Notes under the pieces: model-generated
The model's input: the letters and a program-made list of their open reading frames with translations, nothing else
What the model was told of the DNA's origin: nothing
Database searches by the model: none
NCBI GenBank assembly: GCA_036804165.1
Contig: DAIRSZ010000001.1
Span: 11,468-75,467 of the forward strand
Direction: 5' to 3'
Length of the DNA stretch: 64,000 bases
Source of the DNA: Catalimonadaceae bacterium
Lineage (GTDB): Bacteria; Bacteroidota; Bacteroidia; Cytophagales; Flexibacteraceae
Translations under genes and position numbers: made by a program
Part shown: in pieces, positions 19,387 to 28,397 of the stretch
Layout: the number at the start of each line of letters is the position of its first letter
Position numbering within the stretch: the stretch's first letter is position 1

Positions 19387-19920
19387 ATGTGGAACCTCCG
19401 CGTCGAACGTTTTTTGTTGGTCTTTTTTGGGGCACTGGTGCTGATACTGGGCGCGGTGGCTTTTCTGCCCCTGCGGCCCCCCGCGCCGGGGTGGGGCTTT
19501 GGGGCGCAGGCAAGCGAATATTTCGAACCGGAGCCTTCGCCCGACTACTCTCCCCAGGCCGTGATACGCCTGCAAATGCAAGCCCTGCAACGCAACAACC
19601 ACCGCGACGAAGGCATCGCGCTGGTTTTTCGCTTTGCGTCGCCCGCCAACCGACTGGCCACGGGCCCGTTGCCCCGCTTTGCGGCCATGTTGCACGGCGA
19701 CAGATACCAACCTTTGCTCAATTGCCGTTATTTTCGCACCAGTGAGTTGGTTGTAGAGGGCGACAAAGCACGCCAGATAGTGCTGGTCACTACCCATGAT
19801 GGGCGCCAGGCGGCCTACCTTTTTACCCTCACCTGTCAGCGCCTGCCACCCCATGCCCGCTGCTGGATGACCGACAGCGTAGAGGCACTGCAACCCGACC
19901 ACCCGTCGTTCACGTCGTAA
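19387..19920 (+). CDS. DUF4864-like protein
   Basis: 177 aa with an N-terminal TM/signal. SPQAVIRLQMQALQRNN ... FRFASPANRLATGPLPRF matches my recollection of the DUF4864 pattern. Confidence 0.55.
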   Translation: MWNLRVERFLLVFFGALVLILGAVAFLPLRPPAPGWGFGAQASEYFEPEPSPDYSPQAVIRLQMQALQRNNHRDEGIALVFRFASPANRLATGPLPRFAAMLHGDRYQPLLNCRYFRTSELVVEGDKARQIVLVTTHDGRQAAYLFTLTCQRLPPHARCWMTDSVEALQPDHPSFTS

Positions 19921-19977
19921 AGCGTGCTTTTCGGTCATGCCAATGGACAGGCCGGGGCAGGCCCGTATCTTTGCTGT

Positions 19978-22134
19978 ATGAATAGGGTAAAATATTTTGG
20001 TGTATTGGCGATCGTCTTGTTGAGCGCAAGCCCGTGGGTGCGTGCGCAGACTGCCCGCTCGTACCTCTTCAAAGACCTGGAATTGCGCATTGACACGCTC
20101 AGCTACCGCTGGTCGGAGAATTATCTTTTTTTTCGTGGCGACAAGCATCTTTATTTCGAATACCGAAGCAGCGATCCGGTGTGCGAGCTTCGGTTTGCCC
20201 CCACGGCGCCGGGCATTGCCGATGGCTATCGCTTGCAGCCTTCCAACGATTACACGATCCTCGACTCGCTCACGCGCATGAGCGACGAGTACTACCAAAC
20301 CAAAGTCAGGTTCAACAACCTCAATACGTCCGAGTTTATCAACTTCGTCATCGTATCGCCCGAAGGGCGGGCCGTGCAGGAATTTCGCGTGTTTCATTAC
20401 ACCGACACCTACGTGCGTTTCTACCCCCCCAACGATGATGTGTACCTGGGCGAAGAAAAAGTCTTCGAACTGGTGACCAACAACCAGAGTAACCTGCAAA
20501 TTGACAGCCGCTGGGTGGAGGGCGACGGCATAGACTATCGCCTTACCGAGTCGGGCAACGAACTGCGGCTGCACGTGGTGCCTAAGCAGCGCGGCAGCCA
20601 GGCATTGGAAATTAAGTTGCGCACCCGCCGCCCGTACGTGGACGAGAGAGGACAATTACGCTACGCCCTCGATCCGATTTCGCACACTTTCAACGTCAAG
20701 ACTAGCCGATTGGCCTTCCTGGGCCTGAGCGAAAAGGATGTCACCCTCGACGAAAAGACTCAGCGCGAGGGCATGGAGGTGCAGATCGAAGACAACCGCT
20801 TGCTGGCCCTGGACAAGACCTACCGCATCGAAGACCGCGAAGAAAAGGGCGGTATCCTGATCGGCGAACTCTTCACGCGCCGCAGCCTGAGCAACGGCCG
20901 GGTGCTGTGCTGGTTGCGCGTGTTCAACTTCCACCGTAAGGGCGAAGGCTACCTCTACCTCAAAGACGGCGACGTGGCGCAGTTTATCACCAACTTCAAC
21001 GTGACGCCCAAGATGACCATCGAGACCATCAGCATCTTGCGCGATGGGGCCGACTGGACGCAGAGCCGTACGATTCGACCGGGCGAAAACATCGAGCTGC
21101 GCCTGGAGGGCAAAGGCTTCGACAAGGCCGACTTTCGCTTTCCCGAAATGGTGGAATATCGCTCCGATACCATCACGCGCAGCGAAACGGTGGCCATTTT
21201 TCGCTTGCGCGTACCCACCGACATCAGCCAGAAAAAAATTCAGATTTACAACCGAAACGAACCCACCGGCCTGTCGCTCAACGTGGTGGAATACCAGCGA
21301 CCGCATCCGCTCGACTTCGTAAAAATCAACTACGGCGACGGCTACCGGGCGGCCACTGACATTGATGCGCCTATCCTCTACGGCAAAGCCATTCCCGACA
21401 TTGTCATTGCCTTCGACCAAAATCGGATTGATTCGGAAAATCGCCTTTATGGCAAGCAGTTTCTCACGGTCGAAGCGCGCATCACCACCCAAACGGGAAC
21501 ACTCGTCGAAATCAAGACGGTAGAAAATATCCTGATCTGTCCGGGTGACAACTCGCCCCGGAGTGCCTTCTATACCGACCGCAATTGCCGCTACAAAGAC
21601 ATCAACCTCAACGAGATTCTCTCGCGCAAAACCTACGACCTCGACGGCTGGTCGCGCGTTCAACTCACCATCCGGCACGACAAAGAGAAATATGGCGGCG
21701 ACGGCTTCGAGCAAAAGATCGAGCTGATCTTGAGTCGCCGGATCAACTTTGATATTGACCTGAGCTTTCCGGCAGGTTTGCTCACCTTCCGAGAGGGGCA
21801 GGGCTACGTGGGTGGTTTTGGGGGCATCAGCCTGGCCACCATTGCGCAGTTCAGCTTTTTTCAGCCCGGGCGCATCGCCCGCTATCAACCCTACCGCATC
21901 GGGGCGGGCTTTTTGGCGTTCAACGCTTTTGCTTTCAACGAGTCGGCCAACCGCGATTTTGGCATCGTGGTGCTGGGCAGCGTGTTTCCCACGCGGCGCG
22001 ACCTCAAGCTCTCGTTTCCCCTCTACGTGGGCGGGGGCTACTACCTGACCGACAACGCCACCCGCAACAGCAACGGCGGCAGCAGCGGCCGCTGGTTTTT
22101 CTTGCTCGGGCCGGGCATCCGGGTGCAGCTCTGA
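19978..22134 (+). CDS. large secreted hypothetical protein (beta-rich, with Gly/aromatic-rich C-terminal module)
   Basis: I chose the ATG at 19978 (MNRVKYFGVLAIVLLSASPWVRAQ, signal peptide), which gives 718 aa. No known motif recognised. The last approximately 130 aa alternate hydrophobic/polar residues and are rich in G/F/Y. Confidence 0.7.
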   Translation: MNRVKYFGVLAIVLLSASPWVRAQTARSYLFKDLELRIDTLSYRWSENYLFFRGDKHLYFEYRSSDPVCELRFAPTAPGIADGYRLQPSNDYTILDSLTRMSDEYYQTKVRFNNLNTSEFINFVIVSPEGRAVQEFRVFHYTDTYVRFYPPNDDVYLGEEKVFELVTNNQSNLQIDSRWVEGDGIDYRLTESGNELRLHVVPKQRGSQALEIKLRTRRPYVDERGQLRYALDPISHTFNVKTSRLAFLGLSEKDVTLDEKTQREGMEVQIEDNRLLALDKTYRIEDREEKGGILIGELFTRRSLSNGRVLCWLRVFNFHRKGEGYLYLKDGDVAQFITNFNVTPKMTIETISILRDGADWTQSRTIRPGENIELRLEGKGFDKADFRFPEMVEYRSDTITRSETVAIFRLRVPTDISQKKIQIYNRNEPTGLSLNVVEYQRPHPLDFVKINYGDGYRAATDIDAPILYGKAIPDIVIAFDQNRIDSENRLYGKQFLTVEARITTQTGTLVEIKTVENILICPGDNSPRSAFYTDRNCRYKDINLNEILSRKTYDLDGWSRVQLTIRHDKEKYGGDGFEQKIELILSRRINFDIDLSFPAGLLTFREGQGYVGGFGGISLATIAQFSFFQPGRIARYQPYRIGAGFLAFNAFAFNESANRDFGIVVLGSVFPTRRDLKLSFPLYVGGGYYLTDNATRNSNGGSSGRWFFLLGPGIRVQL

Positions 22135-22186
22135 GTTTGGCGTAAACCCTTAGGTGTAGATGTCTTTTTGACAGTCGCCGAAACCA

Positions 22187-24937
22187 CTAAAGAATGGGCC
22201 GGTCAATCCAGCTCCGGCGGCGGTTGAGCTTGAGGTCTTGCAGCATCGAGGCCTTGGCCCGCAGTTCGAACGAATACGATTGCTGAAAGCCGAACGGAAT
22301 CCAGTTGATGGCCATCTCCCAGCAGTGCAGGTCGCGGAAGATGTTCAGGCTTGTGAAGCCAAAACCGCTGTTGACCACGTCGTACGACGAGTTGAAGCCC
22401 ACCTTCCACTTTTCGCTCAGCTTGAGGTCGCCACTGAACGAGAGTGCCTGCGTGATGTTCTGCGGGTTGAACCCCACGCGGCTGTAGTTGAGGTTGTAGC
22501 TGATGCGCAAACTCCAGGGAATGTTAAAGTCCACGTACAGATCGGGATTGGCGGCGATGAAGCGGGCTTCGGCCTGTTCTTCTTCGGTGAGCGTAGGGTC
22601 GTTGACCTGGTTTTGCACTTCGCGGTCGCGCCTAAAGGCCTCGGGGTTGAAGTTGGTGCCGATCGAAAGGTTGGCGTTGGTGATGCGCCCGATGCCCTGC
22701 CCGTTGTTCCAGGCAAACTCGTTGACGCGCACCCCGCCGGGGTTGAAGTCGTCAATCACCCGGTACACGTACGGGTCGAGGGTGGAAGTCACGTTGACGT
22801 CGAACATCCGGACGCGCGTGCGCACATTGAACGAAATCACCGACAGATTGAGCGAATCGGCGGCCAGGTTGTAGTTGGTCGAGAAGCCAATGTTGTCAAT
22901 GAGCACGATCTTTTCGGGCTTGGTGGCCGTATCGCTGCGGCTGCGCACCTTGGCCTCGATCTGGTTGGTCAGGCTGAAGCCCACCGTACCCGAGCGCCCC
23001 GGCGCAGGACCAGGCAAGCCGAAAAACCGGGAAACGGGCTGCTCGGTGGCCCGTGCCGTGGTATCGGCGCGTACCGTCTGATAGAAACCAAAGCGCGGAT
23101 CAGAGAAGTCGGGGCGCACATTGAAGTTGAGGACGGGCCGCACTACGTGCCGAATGGCCTGGACGCGTTTGTCGCGGCCAAACTGGTAGATACCGTAAAT
23201 GGCCGTGTTGAAGCCCACCCCGGCCGAATACTCGTAGGCGCGGCTGAAGCCCCGGGTCGTATCTACCTGTACGCCCCGGATCGAGTCGTTGAGTTCTTCG
23301 TAGCGAAAGTCGAGGCGTTGCAAGTACCAAAACTCCCGGTAGCTGAGGTTGGGGCTGACGCTGATGTACTTGAGCACGTTGAAGGTGGTCGAAACCGGAA
23401 TGTTGTGCGTACCCACCACCTGGTTGCGCGCCAGGATGGCGGGCAAATTCTCGCGGTTGAAAGTCAGTACGCTGTCATCAATGGTGCGCTCGCCTGCCAG
23501 CAACTGGTCGCCAATGGTGGGGAAGGGAAAGCGCCGGGCCACGGGCTGGTTGCTGATCTCGTTGCGCGTGTCGAAGTTGTAGGAGATGCCGATTTTCTCG
23601 TACCAGGTGCGGGCGGCGCCCCCCTTGGGTTTGAAGGGCTGCACCCGGTTCATGGCCAGGGTGGCTTGCGGCAGCGTAAACGACATGATTCCCGACGTGG
23701 TGTTTTGGCTCTGGCGCGCACTCAGGGCCAGGTTGAAGGGCGTGCCCTCGAAGGTCTTGTTGTAGGAAATGCTGGAGGTAAACGAATTGTTAAGGTAGTC
23801 TTGCACCACCACGGCGTTGCGGCGATTAAAATTGCTCGTTCCCGCGTTGACCGATACGGCAAAGCGGCTTGAGCGGCGCGATTCGGGCGCGTGGCTCCAC
23901 TGAATCCAAAAGTCTTCACCCACGTTTTCAAATCCCTCGTCGCCCTCTATGCGCTTGTTGTACCGAAAGTTTGAACTGCCGTTGAAGGCGTAGCGCTTCT
24001 TGTAGCTGGTCGAGGACTCAATCCCGTAGCTGCCCCGCGACCAAATGCTACCCGTTAGGCGTACGCCGATGTAGTCGTTGACGGCCCAGTAGAAGCCCCC
24101 TTCGCGCAGAAAAAAGCCCAGGTCGCGCGATTCGCCATAGACGGGCACCACAATGCCCGACGCCTGCCGCTTGGGGGTGGGGAAGAGGCCAAAAGGCAGC
24201 CCCACGGGGGTCGGGATATCGGCGATCACCATGTTGAACGGCCCGCTGATGATCTTGTCGCCGGGCAGCACCTTCACCCGCGAAGCGTTGATAAAAAAGT
24301 GCGGATGCTCCAGGTTGCAGGTCGTGTAGCGGGCGTGCCGGACAAACAGTTCGTTGTCTTCGTTTTTCTTGACGCGCTGGCCGTGCAGGTAGCCGTCGCC
24401 CTCCTGCGTCACGACGCCCGAGATAATCCCCTTCCGGCTCTTGAAGTTGTAGCGCATTTGGTCGGCCGCATACTGCTCGCCGGCGTCGGTAAACTCGGGC
24501 GTGCCCTGCTTGCGCCCCGTCGAGTCGCGCCCGCCCCGGGCATCGAGGGTGTTGGTTTCCCAGTTGATCTCCATCGTGTCGGCCTTGAGGGCGATGGTAC
24601 CGTACTCCACCTTGCCTTCACCATAAAGGAACACTTTCTGCTGCGTGACGTCGAAGCGGATCGAATCGCGGGCACTGTACTTGACGGTGGTTTTGATGTC
24701 GCCCGTCGGCTGCACGGTCAGCGAATCAACGCCTAGCGAGTCGGCTGCTCGGGCCGTGTCGGGCGGGAAACGCAGGCTGTCGGGCGGATAGCGCAGGCTA
24801 TCGGGCAGGTTGCCGAGGGACGCCTCGCCAGCGGGCGACAGCGGCACGGCCTTTTCCCGATTGCGCTGCGCCACCGCCGTGAGCGATAGCCCCAGCACGG
24901 CCAGGATCAGCAACAACCAACTTCGCACTTTTAGCAC
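22187..24937 (-). CDS. lptD: LPS-assembly protein LptD-like (OstA family)
   Basis: 916 aa with signal peptide. OstA-like N-domain, and ARYTTCNLEHPHFFINASRVKVLPGDKIISGPFNMVIADIPTPVGLPFGLFP typical of Bacteroidetes LptD homologues. Confidence 0.72.
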   Translation of the reverse strand: MLKVRSWLLLILAVLGLSLTAVAQRNREKAVPLSPAGEASLGNLPDSLRYPPDSLRFPPDTARAADSLGVDSLTVQPTGDIKTTVKYSARDSIRFDVTQQKVFLYGEGKVEYGTIALKADTMEINWETNTLDARGGRDSTGRKQGTPEFTDAGEQYAADQMRYNFKSRKGIISGVVTQEGDGYLHGQRVKKNEDNELFVRHARYTTCNLEHPHFFINASRVKVLPGDKIISGPFNMVIADIPTPVGLPFGLFPTPKRQASGIVVPVYGESRDLGFFLREGGFYWAVNDYIGVRLTGSIWSRGSYGIESSTSYKKRYAFNGSSNFRYNKRIEGDEGFENVGEDFWIQWSHAPESRRSSRFAVSVNAGTSNFNRRNAVVVQDYLNNSFTSSISYNKTFEGTPFNLALSARQSQNTTSGIMSFTLPQATLAMNRVQPFKPKGGAARTWYEKIGISYNFDTRNEISNQPVARRFPFPTIGDQLLAGERTIDDSVLTFNRENLPAILARNQVVGTHNIPVSTTFNVLKYISVSPNLSYREFWYLQRLDFRYEELNDSIRGVQVDTTRGFSRAYEYSAGVGFNTAIYGIYQFGRDKRVQAIRHVVRPVLNFNVRPDFSDPRFGFYQTVRADTTARATEQPVSRFFGLPGPAPGRSGTVGFSLTNQIEAKVRSRSDTATKPEKIVLIDNIGFSTNYNLAADSLNLSVISFNVRTRVRMFDVNVTSTLDPYVYRVIDDFNPGGVRVNEFAWNNGQGIGRITNANLSIGTNFNPEAFRRDREVQNQVNDPTLTEEEQAEARFIAANPDLYVDFNIPWSLRISYNLNYSRVGFNPQNITQALSFSGDLKLSEKWKVGFNSSYDVVNSGFGFTSLNIFRDLHCWEMAINWIPFGFQQSYSFELRAKASMLQDLKLNRRRSWIDRPIL
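24758..24814 (-). repeat. in-frame 21-nt tandem repeat (about 2.7 copies) in the lptD-like N-terminus
   Basis: GTCGGGCGGGAAACGCAGGCT / GTCGGGCGGATAGCGCAGGCT / ATCGGGCAGGTTGCC. Encodes PDSLRYPPDSLRFPPD on the minus strand. Confidence 0.8.
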
Positions 24938-25048
24938 AGTAAAATTTGGGTAAAGCTACGCAAACCGATGAGGGTGAACAACCAGCCGCGCCAGGGCAAT
25001 TTTAGTTCCAGAAACGCTGACAAGCAGAAGTCTAAGGTATTTAATTCA

Positions 25049-25079
25049 CAAAAAAAGCCCCTGCCATCGGCAGGGGCTT
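25049..25079 (-). terminator. rho-independent terminator of rpsA
   Basis: 10-bp stem AGCCCCTGCC (25056-25065) / GGCAGGGGCT (25069-25078) with a 3-nt loop. A T-run follows on the minus strand (A-run 25049-25055 on plus), 24 nt past the rpsA stop. Confidence 0.75.
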
Positions 25080-25101
25080 TGGTATCAGAGAAAAACGAGA
25101 A

Positions 25102-26907
25102 CTACTTGTTTTTTCCTTCTTTTTCCAACTGGTCGCGCAGGGCCGAGAGTGCCTCCAGATCGCCGAGCGTGGACGTGGCCTGCTCGTTGGTGGACGTCAC
25201 CTTGGGCGTGCCCGCGTCGCGTTGGCTGCGGGAGGCCTGCTCCTTTTTGGTGGCCGTAGCCTTGGCAGCCCGGGCGGGCTCGTTGTACGTGTGCAGGTGC
25301 GAGAGCAAAATGCGCTTTTCGTCCTTGAGAAATTCCAGCACTTTGAAGTCGAGGGCGTCGCCCGTCTCCACGGCCGAGCCGTCTTCCTTGGCCAAATGCT
25401 TGGCGGGCGCAAAGCCCTCAATGCCGTAGGGCAGCTCGACGGTGGCCCCTTTGTCGTTCTTGCTGAGCACCGTGCCTTTGTGCGTAGTGCCCGCACCGAA
25501 GATAGTCTCGAACGTATCCCAGGGGTTCTCTTCGAGTTGCTTGTGGCCCAGGGCCAGGCGGCGATTGTCCACATCGAGTTCGAGCACCACCACTTCCATG
25601 GTTTCGCCCACCTTGGTGAATTCCGAGGGGTGCTTCACCTTGCGCGTCCACGACAGGTCCGATACGTGTACCAGGCCGTCAATGCCTTCTTCCAATTCGA
25701 GGAATAAACCAAAATTGGTCAGGTTGCGCACCACGCCGGCATGGCGGGTGCCGGGCGCATATTTGTTGAGCAAGTCCGTCTTGTTCCAGGGATCTTCGCT
25801 GAGTTGCTTGATGCCCAATGACATCTTGCGCTCTTCGCGGTCGAGGGTCAGGATAACGGCCTCTACTTCGTCGTCCACTTTAATAAAGTCTTGCGGGTTG
25901 CGCAGGTGTTGCGACCACGACATCTCCGATACGTGGATGAGGCCCTCGACACCGGGGATCAACTCGAGGAAAGCCCCGTAGTCGGCCACGTTGACGATGC
26001 GACCCTGCACGCGCGAACCGACCTGAATTTCTTCGGTGAGCGAATCCCACGGATGGGGCGTCAGTTGCTTCATGCCCAGCGAGATGCGGCGCTTCTCGTC
26101 GTCGAAGTCGAGCACCACGATGTTGACTTTCTGGTCGAGGTTGAGCACCTCTTCGGGGTGGCTGATGCGCCCCCACGAAATGTCGGTGATGTGCAACAGG
26201 CCGTCCACACCGCCCAGGTCAATGAACACCCCAAAGTTGGTCATGTTCTTGATGACGCCTTCGAGTACCTGGCCGCGCTCCAGGTTGTTGAGAATCTGCG
26301 CGCGCTGTTTTTCGAGGTCTTTCTCGATGAGGACTTTGTGCGAGACCACTACGTTGTCGTTGGCGTAGTTGATCTTGACAACCTTGAGTTCCATCTTTTT
26401 GCCAACGAACACGTCGAAATCGCGGATGGGCTTGACGTCAATTTGCGAGCCGGGCAAGAAAGACTCTACGCCCTGCACGTCCACGATCAGGCCGCCTTTG
26501 GTGCGGCGTTTCACCACGCCTTCCAGGACTTTGTCGTTTTCGTAGGCGTCGGTGATGCGCTCCCAGGCCTTGACGATGCGCGCTTTGCGCCGCGACAGGA
26601 TCAACTGACCAGATTTGTCCTCCTGATCTTCGACAAATACTTCTACTTCGTCGCCTTTTTTGAGGTTTTCGACGTCGCGAAACTCCGATCGGGGCACCAG
26701 CCCGTCGGACTTGAAACCAATATTGAGAATGACGTCTTTGTCGTTGACGTCCACCACAATACCTATCACTACTTCTTTTTCCCGGACTTCGGTGAGCGTA
26801 TCGCTGTACATGTCGGCCATGCGATTACGGTCCTGCTCGGAATACTGCTTGCCAAAGCCGCGGTCTTCTACGGCATCCCAGTTAAATTCTTCGGGCTGAT
26901 TGCTCAT
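25102..26907 (-). CDS. rpsA: 30S ribosomal protein S1
   Basis: Six S1 motifs with repeated G.V....FG.F..L..G..GL.H.S pattern. I chose the ATG at 26907 (MSNQPEEFNWD) rather than the upstream ATG at 26949. Confidence 0.95.
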   Translation of the reverse strand: MSNQPEEFNWDAVEDRGFGKQYSEQDRNRMADMYSDTLTEVREKEVVIGIVVDVNDKDVILNIGFKSDGLVPRSEFRDVENLKKGDEVEVFVEDQEDKSGQLILSRRKARIVKAWERITDAYENDKVLEGVVKRRTKGGLIVDVQGVESFLPGSQIDVKPIRDFDVFVGKKMELKVVKINYANDNVVVSHKVLIEKDLEKQRAQILNNLERGQVLEGVIKNMTNFGVFIDLGGVDGLLHITDISWGRISHPEEVLNLDQKVNIVVLDFDDEKRRISLGMKQLTPHPWDSLTEEIQVGSRVQGRIVNVADYGAFLELIPGVEGLIHVSEMSWSQHLRNPQDFIKVDDEVEAVILTLDREERKMSLGIKQLSEDPWNKTDLLNKYAPGTRHAGVVRNLTNFGLFLELEEGIDGLVHVSDLSWTRKVKHPSEFTKVGETMEVVVLELDVDNRRLALGHKQLEENPWDTFETIFGAGTTHKGTVLSKNDKGATVELPYGIEGFAPAKHLAKEDGSAVETGDALDFKVLEFLKDEKRILLSHLHTYNEPARAAKATATKKEQASRSQRDAGTPKVTSTNEQATSTLGDLEALSALRDQLEKEGKNK

Positions 26908-27010
26908 ATTTGCTATGTTGGCACTTGTACCTTCCCGGGCGCGTGCCATCTGCCGGGGTGGTTTTGGGTGAAAAAAAGATAGTTATTGAAACCGCTTAGC
27001 AAGCGGGCCA

Positions 27011-27018
27011 CAAAGATA
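27011..27018 (-). promoter_or_regulatory. candidate -7 promoter box (TAtcTTTG) upstream of rpsA
   Basis: Plus-strand CAAAGATA is TATCTTTG on the minus strand, about 104 nt upstream of the rpsA ATG. Confidence 0.3.
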
Positions 27019-27128
27019 ATAAATTTTTGTAGTCAGGAAGGTGCATTCGCAAAAAAGGGCGTAGGTTTCCTGCGGGCAGCGTTTGGTGTAGGCGCCAAGA
27101 ATGCGATCTGTCCCACCGACAGATCAGC

Positions 27129-27653
27129 CTAGAAAACCTGTCCGATCTCGTTTTTGAGGTACCGAATGGTGCGGTACACGGGGTCTTCGGAGCGCTGAAA
27201 CTGCTTTTCCAGAATAGACTTGGCCAATTCGAGGGCAGGAGCTTCTTTCTCTACTTCGTTGGCCGCCACGTTGACCAGGCTGATAATCTCCTCGGTCGTA
27301 TTCTTGACTAGTGCCCAGGCCTGATCGCTCATGTAGAGTTGTTGAGATACGTTGTGGTTAAACTCTTCCCGAATTTCCGAAACAATCATTTGCTGCAATT
27401 GCACCGCCGTGTAGGCCGGGTTGTTGAGCCGAAGCACCAGGCTTTGGGGCGAAATACGCTCCAGATACAGCAAGATCCGTTCGTAGGCTTGCAAACGTAC
27501 GGGCAGCACCAGTTGCGTATTGGTCACCTTAAGGTCGAGAATCTTCTTTTCGAACTCGTTGGTCAGAAAGGAGTTGACCGTCAGGTACACGGCAAAAAGG
27601 GCAATGGCGGCGGGCAACAAAATCTTGACCAGGTCTGTAATAATCTCTTCCAT
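27129..27653 (-). CDS. hypothetical membrane-anchored protein
   Basis: 174 aa with ATG start. One N-terminal TM helix (LLPAAIALFAVYLTV), then a helical soluble domain. No motif recognised. Confidence 0.6.
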   Translation of the reverse strand: MEEIITDLVKILLPAAIALFAVYLTVNSFLTNEFEKKILDLKVTNTQLVLPVRLQAYERILLYLERISPQSLVLRLNNPAYTAVQLQQMIVSEIREEFNHNVSQQLYMSDQAWALVKNTTEEIISLVNVAANEVEKEAPALELAKSILEKQFQRSEDPVYRTIRYLKNEIGQVF

Positions 27654-27836
27654 GCAGGTGGGTTGCTGAAAACGGCGGCAAATTATGAATTAAATTTGCT
27701 CACCGACGACAAACGCAAGGCGCTATTGCGAAAATCAGTGCCACCCGCGAGTGCTGTGCGGGGGCCAATTCGTTAGGATTTGTCCAAAGGAACCATTTGG
27801 CCTCCGGGGCCGTGTAGGAGGCAATAGATTTTGCCG

Positions 27837-28172
27837 ATGCACCGTCCTCCTTCTCCCGTTGAAATTACGCCGGCCGCCCTACGCGAAATTCGTGCGATCA
27901 TTGCCCGCAAAGCCATTCCCGACGGCTATGCCCTGCGCATTGGCATGAAGGGCGGCGGTTGTGGCGGCATGTCGTTTTTGTTGGGCTTCGACCACCCCCG
28001 CCCCGAAGACGATCAGTACGAACTGAATGGGCTGGCGGTGCTTATCGAAAAGCGCCATCTGATGTACCTGCTGGGGATGCAGGTGGACTTTGAAGACAGC
28101 GCCCACGCCCGAGGATTTGTTTTCCAGCCCGCTGCCGAGCGCCAGGGAAACGCCCCGGCTGCCCAGCCGTAA
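27837..28172 (+). CDS. HesB/IscA-family (A-type Fe-S carrier-like) protein, atypical C-terminus
   Basis: ITPAALREIRAII...LRIGMKGGGCGGMSFLLGFD...GFVFQ matches the IscA/ErpA fold, including the first conserved Cys. The usual C-terminal NPNAxxxCGCGxSF is replaced by PAAERQGNAPAAQP-stop. I chose the ATG at 27837; a TTG lies at 27831. Confidence 0.72.
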   Translation: MHRPPSPVEITPAALREIRAIIARKAIPDGYALRIGMKGGGCGGMSFLLGFDHPRPEDDQYELNGLAVLIEKRHLMYLLGMQVDFEDSAHARGFVFQPAAERQGNAPAAQP

Positions 28173-28338
28173 GCTTGGGCCGAGCGGGTGGCTCGGGACC
28201 AGCGCGCTTTTGCGTGTCTGGCACAAGAAAAGTGCGGGGCAGGGCCGCTCAAGGCTGCCAAGCCAACATGGCCAAGCCTCCGAAGAACTGGCCGGAGGCA
28301 GCGTGCTTCCGGCTAAAAATAAAAGTTCGCTGACTTTG

Positions 28339-28369
28339 TTTGAAACCAAACTCTACTTCCGTACATTTG
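28339..28369 (+). promoter_or_regulatory. Bacteroidetes sigma-A type promoter of the cold-shock gene
   Basis: -33 TTTG (28339-28342), a 19-nt spacer, then -7 TACATTTG (28362-28369). The ATG lies 29 nt downstream. Confidence 0.55.
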
Positions 28370-28397
28370 GGCAGTTATTCACTAATTTCTCTTTTCA

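Noticed and set aside
19150-20655. 501-aa minus-strand ORF spanning the fasciclin 3' end, the whole DUF4864 gene and the start of the 718-aa gene
   Set aside because: It runs antisense across three well-supported plus-strand genes and their intergenic gaps. Its composition is rich in Arg, Gly, His and Val with no motifs. This is a typical stop-poor shadow frame in GC-rich DNA.
22238-23872. Very long antisense ORFs opposite real genes. Examples: 22238-23872 opposite lptD, 37930-39420 opposite the OmpA-family gene, 46567-47958 opposite ftsH, 30414-31649 opposite the MBL hydrolase, 20656-21888, 54779-55969 opposite pyk, 35829-36980 opposite folD, 25891-26982 opposite rpsA, and 48490-49434 opposite birA.
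   Set aside because: Each lies fully inside or opposite a gene with unmistakable family motifs. The translations are low-complexity (H/G/R/V/A-rich) with no recognisable domains. The pattern is explained by codon bias suppressing stop codons on the complementary frame.
28173-28338. Possible long structured 5' UTR or riboregulator upstream of the cold-shock gene, including hairpins CCGAGC/GCTCGG (about 28179-28196) and GCCGGAGG/CTTCCGGC (about 28291-28316)
   Set aside because: A consensus TTTG-N19-TACATTTG promoter sits only about 29 nt before the ATG, so the csp leader is probably short. Neither hairpin is followed by a T-run on either strand. It is unclear whether this 166-nt region does anything.
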